The translations under genes and the position numbers were made by a program. A stretch of 64,000 nucleotides of DNA from positions 48,424,001-48,488,000 of the forward strand of contig OZ249436.1 of NCBI GenBank assembly GCA_965235115.1, written 5' to 3'. The notes beneath the pieces were generated by a model, which was given only the letters and a program-made list of their open reading frames with translations, was not told the DNA's origin and made no database searches. Each line of letters opens with the position of its first letter. Position 1 is the stretch's first letter. Positions 62,234 to 64,000 of this stretch are shown here, piece by piece. Origin of the DNA: Laetmonice hystrix. Lineage: Eukaryota.

Positions 62234-62774
62234 CGTCGCGAGGCGACATGTCGCTTTTTTATCAGCCGACTGAGAAGCGTACATTGACCACTCCTTGTCA
62301 CGACTCATAGCGTTAGGTAGACTACCTGATAGAACACATTTCTCACCGAAGTTGAGTCCAATATTTGTAAGAAACCTAGGTTCTAACTGGACATAATAAA
62401 TCATATATTTTTAATTATCTAAATTATTGAAAACGTAATGCATCAAAGTGTTCATGGGACTCGCCCGTGTCCACTCAACCATGGCGCTTGATAATTGCAC
62501 TCATAATTCGCTCACGGGGAAACCCGCTTTTTCCCGGAATTTAGGGATAGAAATTGCGACGTTTCACAAAGCATTTAGGCCTAGCCTACCAATAATCTTC
62601 GCCTTTTCTTCAATATTAGGGGCAAAAACATATACCCTGGCCCCCTATTTTCTATTGGGGAGCCATCCCAACCCCCACCCCATCCCATTTCTATCCCACT
62701 GCAAAGTCTGACAATACGGGCTCTCTTCACAGGCAGATGTTAACCGAGTTTAATCCGAGCTGGCGAGTCGTTGA

Positions 62775-64000
62775 ATGAGCACGTGCATCATGTCGAAGTT
62801 ATTAGCCCTTGTGGTGGCGATTCTGATGGCTGCTGACAATCACAAGATACCGCGTGGCTGTGCTTGGACTGCTGACGCTGCTACCATCGAGACGTACCAG
62901 CCGGATGTGTCTGCCAACGTGCCGTGCCTGGACTACTGCGCATGTCAGGAACCAGTGTCCCCAACCGGTCAACTGGTCATCCGGGACTGTACCAAGGACC
63001 CCGCCCGGGACCTTGACGCGTACATACTAAGCCACAAAAACATATCGTCCCTGGAGATATCAAACTCGCACCTCTCCGTCCTTCCCGCTACGGTGTGCAA
63101 CCTGACAAGTCTGACTGTTCTGGACGTAGGGAGAAACGCCCTAACTGACCTGCCATGGGGCTGCTTGTGGCAGTTGGACTCGCTGAGTACGATCAAGGTA
63201 TCAAGTAATAACTTCTCGGTTCTACGGAATGGCGTCTTTTATGGTTTTAAAAAGCTTTCCACTCTTGACCTCAGCCAGAATCATATCAGAGAAGTCGAAG
63301 AGGACGTGTTCAGCAATGTCCAAAAGCTACCTAGTTTGACATCGGTTGACCTTTCCGGGAACCAATTACGTAGCCTGGACCCTTGGTTTTTGATGTTCCA
63401 GGGCCGTTTAATGAGTTGGAGGATCGACAACAACAACATATGGATGTTCACTAATCGACCAGGCTTTGTTTTCAATTGTAGCATGAAACCACCAAGAGGA
63501 GAACTATCACTCGAAAGGAACAACATTACACATTTCGTTGACATGACAAATGCTTGGAATTTGACGGAGCTAGCCGTGTTTTGTATGATTTCTCACACCA
63601 AAATTTACTTCAGAAATAACCCGTTTATCTGTGATTGCAAAGACTTCAAGTTTTATCGTGTGATGAGCGTTATCTATTCATCCTATAGAGTAGATGAACT
63701 CCATTGCAACTCACCGGAGGGTTTGCATAGAAGGAAAATTGTGACAGTGCCTCTCTCAGAGTTTGTTTGTCATGTCAAGGAGGGCTGTCCACCGGGATGT
63801 GACTGTATCGACACTCCTGATTGGATGAACATGACCGCCAACTGTCCGTATGCTGGACTGTTGACTTTACCAGACACTCTCCCACGACGGCCAAAGCACA
63901 ATTACCGATACCATATGTTCCTTCAGCATAACAACCTGACATCTTTAGAACATCGATCGTACTCTAAATTTGTGCAAACATTGGATGTGAGTAATAATCA
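62775..64000 (+). CDS. Toll-like/LRR receptor ectodomain (multiple-cysteine-cluster type), 5' partial, continues beyond the window
   Basis: Uninterrupted ORF absent from the ORF track because there is no stop in the window. Signal peptide MSKLLALVVAILMA, LRRNT (PCLDYCAC), LRRs (LTSLTVLDVGRNAL, LSTLDLSQNHI, LTSVDLSGNQL), LRRCT (NNPFICDC..LHCNSP..FVC), second LRRNT (CPPGCDC..ANC), further LRRs. TM/TIR not visible. Confidence 0.85.
   Translation, partial: MSTCIMSKLLALVVAILMAADNHKIPRGCAWTADAATIETYQPDVSANVPCLDYCACQEPVSPTGQLVIRDCTKDPARDLDAYILSHKNISSLEISNSHLSVLPATVCNLTSLTVLDVGRNALTDLPWGCLWQLDSLSTIKVSSNNFSVLRNGVFYGFKKLSTLDLSQNHIREVEEDVFSNVQKLPSLTSVDLSGNQLRSLDPWFLMFQGRLMSWRIDNNNIWMFTNRPGFVFNCSMKPPRGELSLERNNITHFVDMTNAWNLTELAVFCMISHTKIYFRNNPFICDCKDFKFYRVMSVIYSSYRVDELHCNSPEGLHRRKIVTVPLSEFVCHVKEGCPPGCDCIDTPDWMNMTANCPYAGLLTLPDTLPRRPKHNYRYHMFLQHNNLTSLEHRSYSKFVQTLDVSNN

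Noticed and set aside
1..64000. tRNA, rRNA, snRNA genes and U12-type introns
   Set aside because: None recognised by eye; all assembled introns are GT-AG except one GC-AG. tRNAscan-SE or Infernal would be needed to exclude RNA genes

Overview
Gene-dense, intron-containing animal genomic DNA from an invertebrate; the gene content and Toll-like receptor architecture suggest a lophotrochozoan (inference). There are no prokaryotic features or CRISPR arrays. Eight protein-coding genes can be assembled by hand from splice sites. They are mRpL24 (-), an intronless adenosine kinase (+) nested antisense in the 13.2-kb intron of mRpL24, a ~28-exon CCDC87 (+), an unrecognised 456-aa four-repeat protein ending in a CaaX box (+), GALK2 (-) head-to-head with MRPS30 (+), INTS14 (-), and the 5' part of a multiple-cysteine-cluster Toll-like/LRR receptor (+) that runs off the window. 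Introns carry many non-autonomous DNA transposons/MITEs, and there are two LINE 3' remnants. The most unusual observations are: (1) a ~25-copy 42-bp minisatellite made by amplifying an exon end plus its 5' splice site, each copy followed by an in-frame stop; (2) the nested retrogene-like ADK and an internal bidirectional promoter at ~5.15 kb, whose divergent first exons are in frame with ADK and with the 3' half of mRpL24; (3) the uncharacterised prenylated repeat protein. Gene names come from recognising sequence motifs; no database searches were run.
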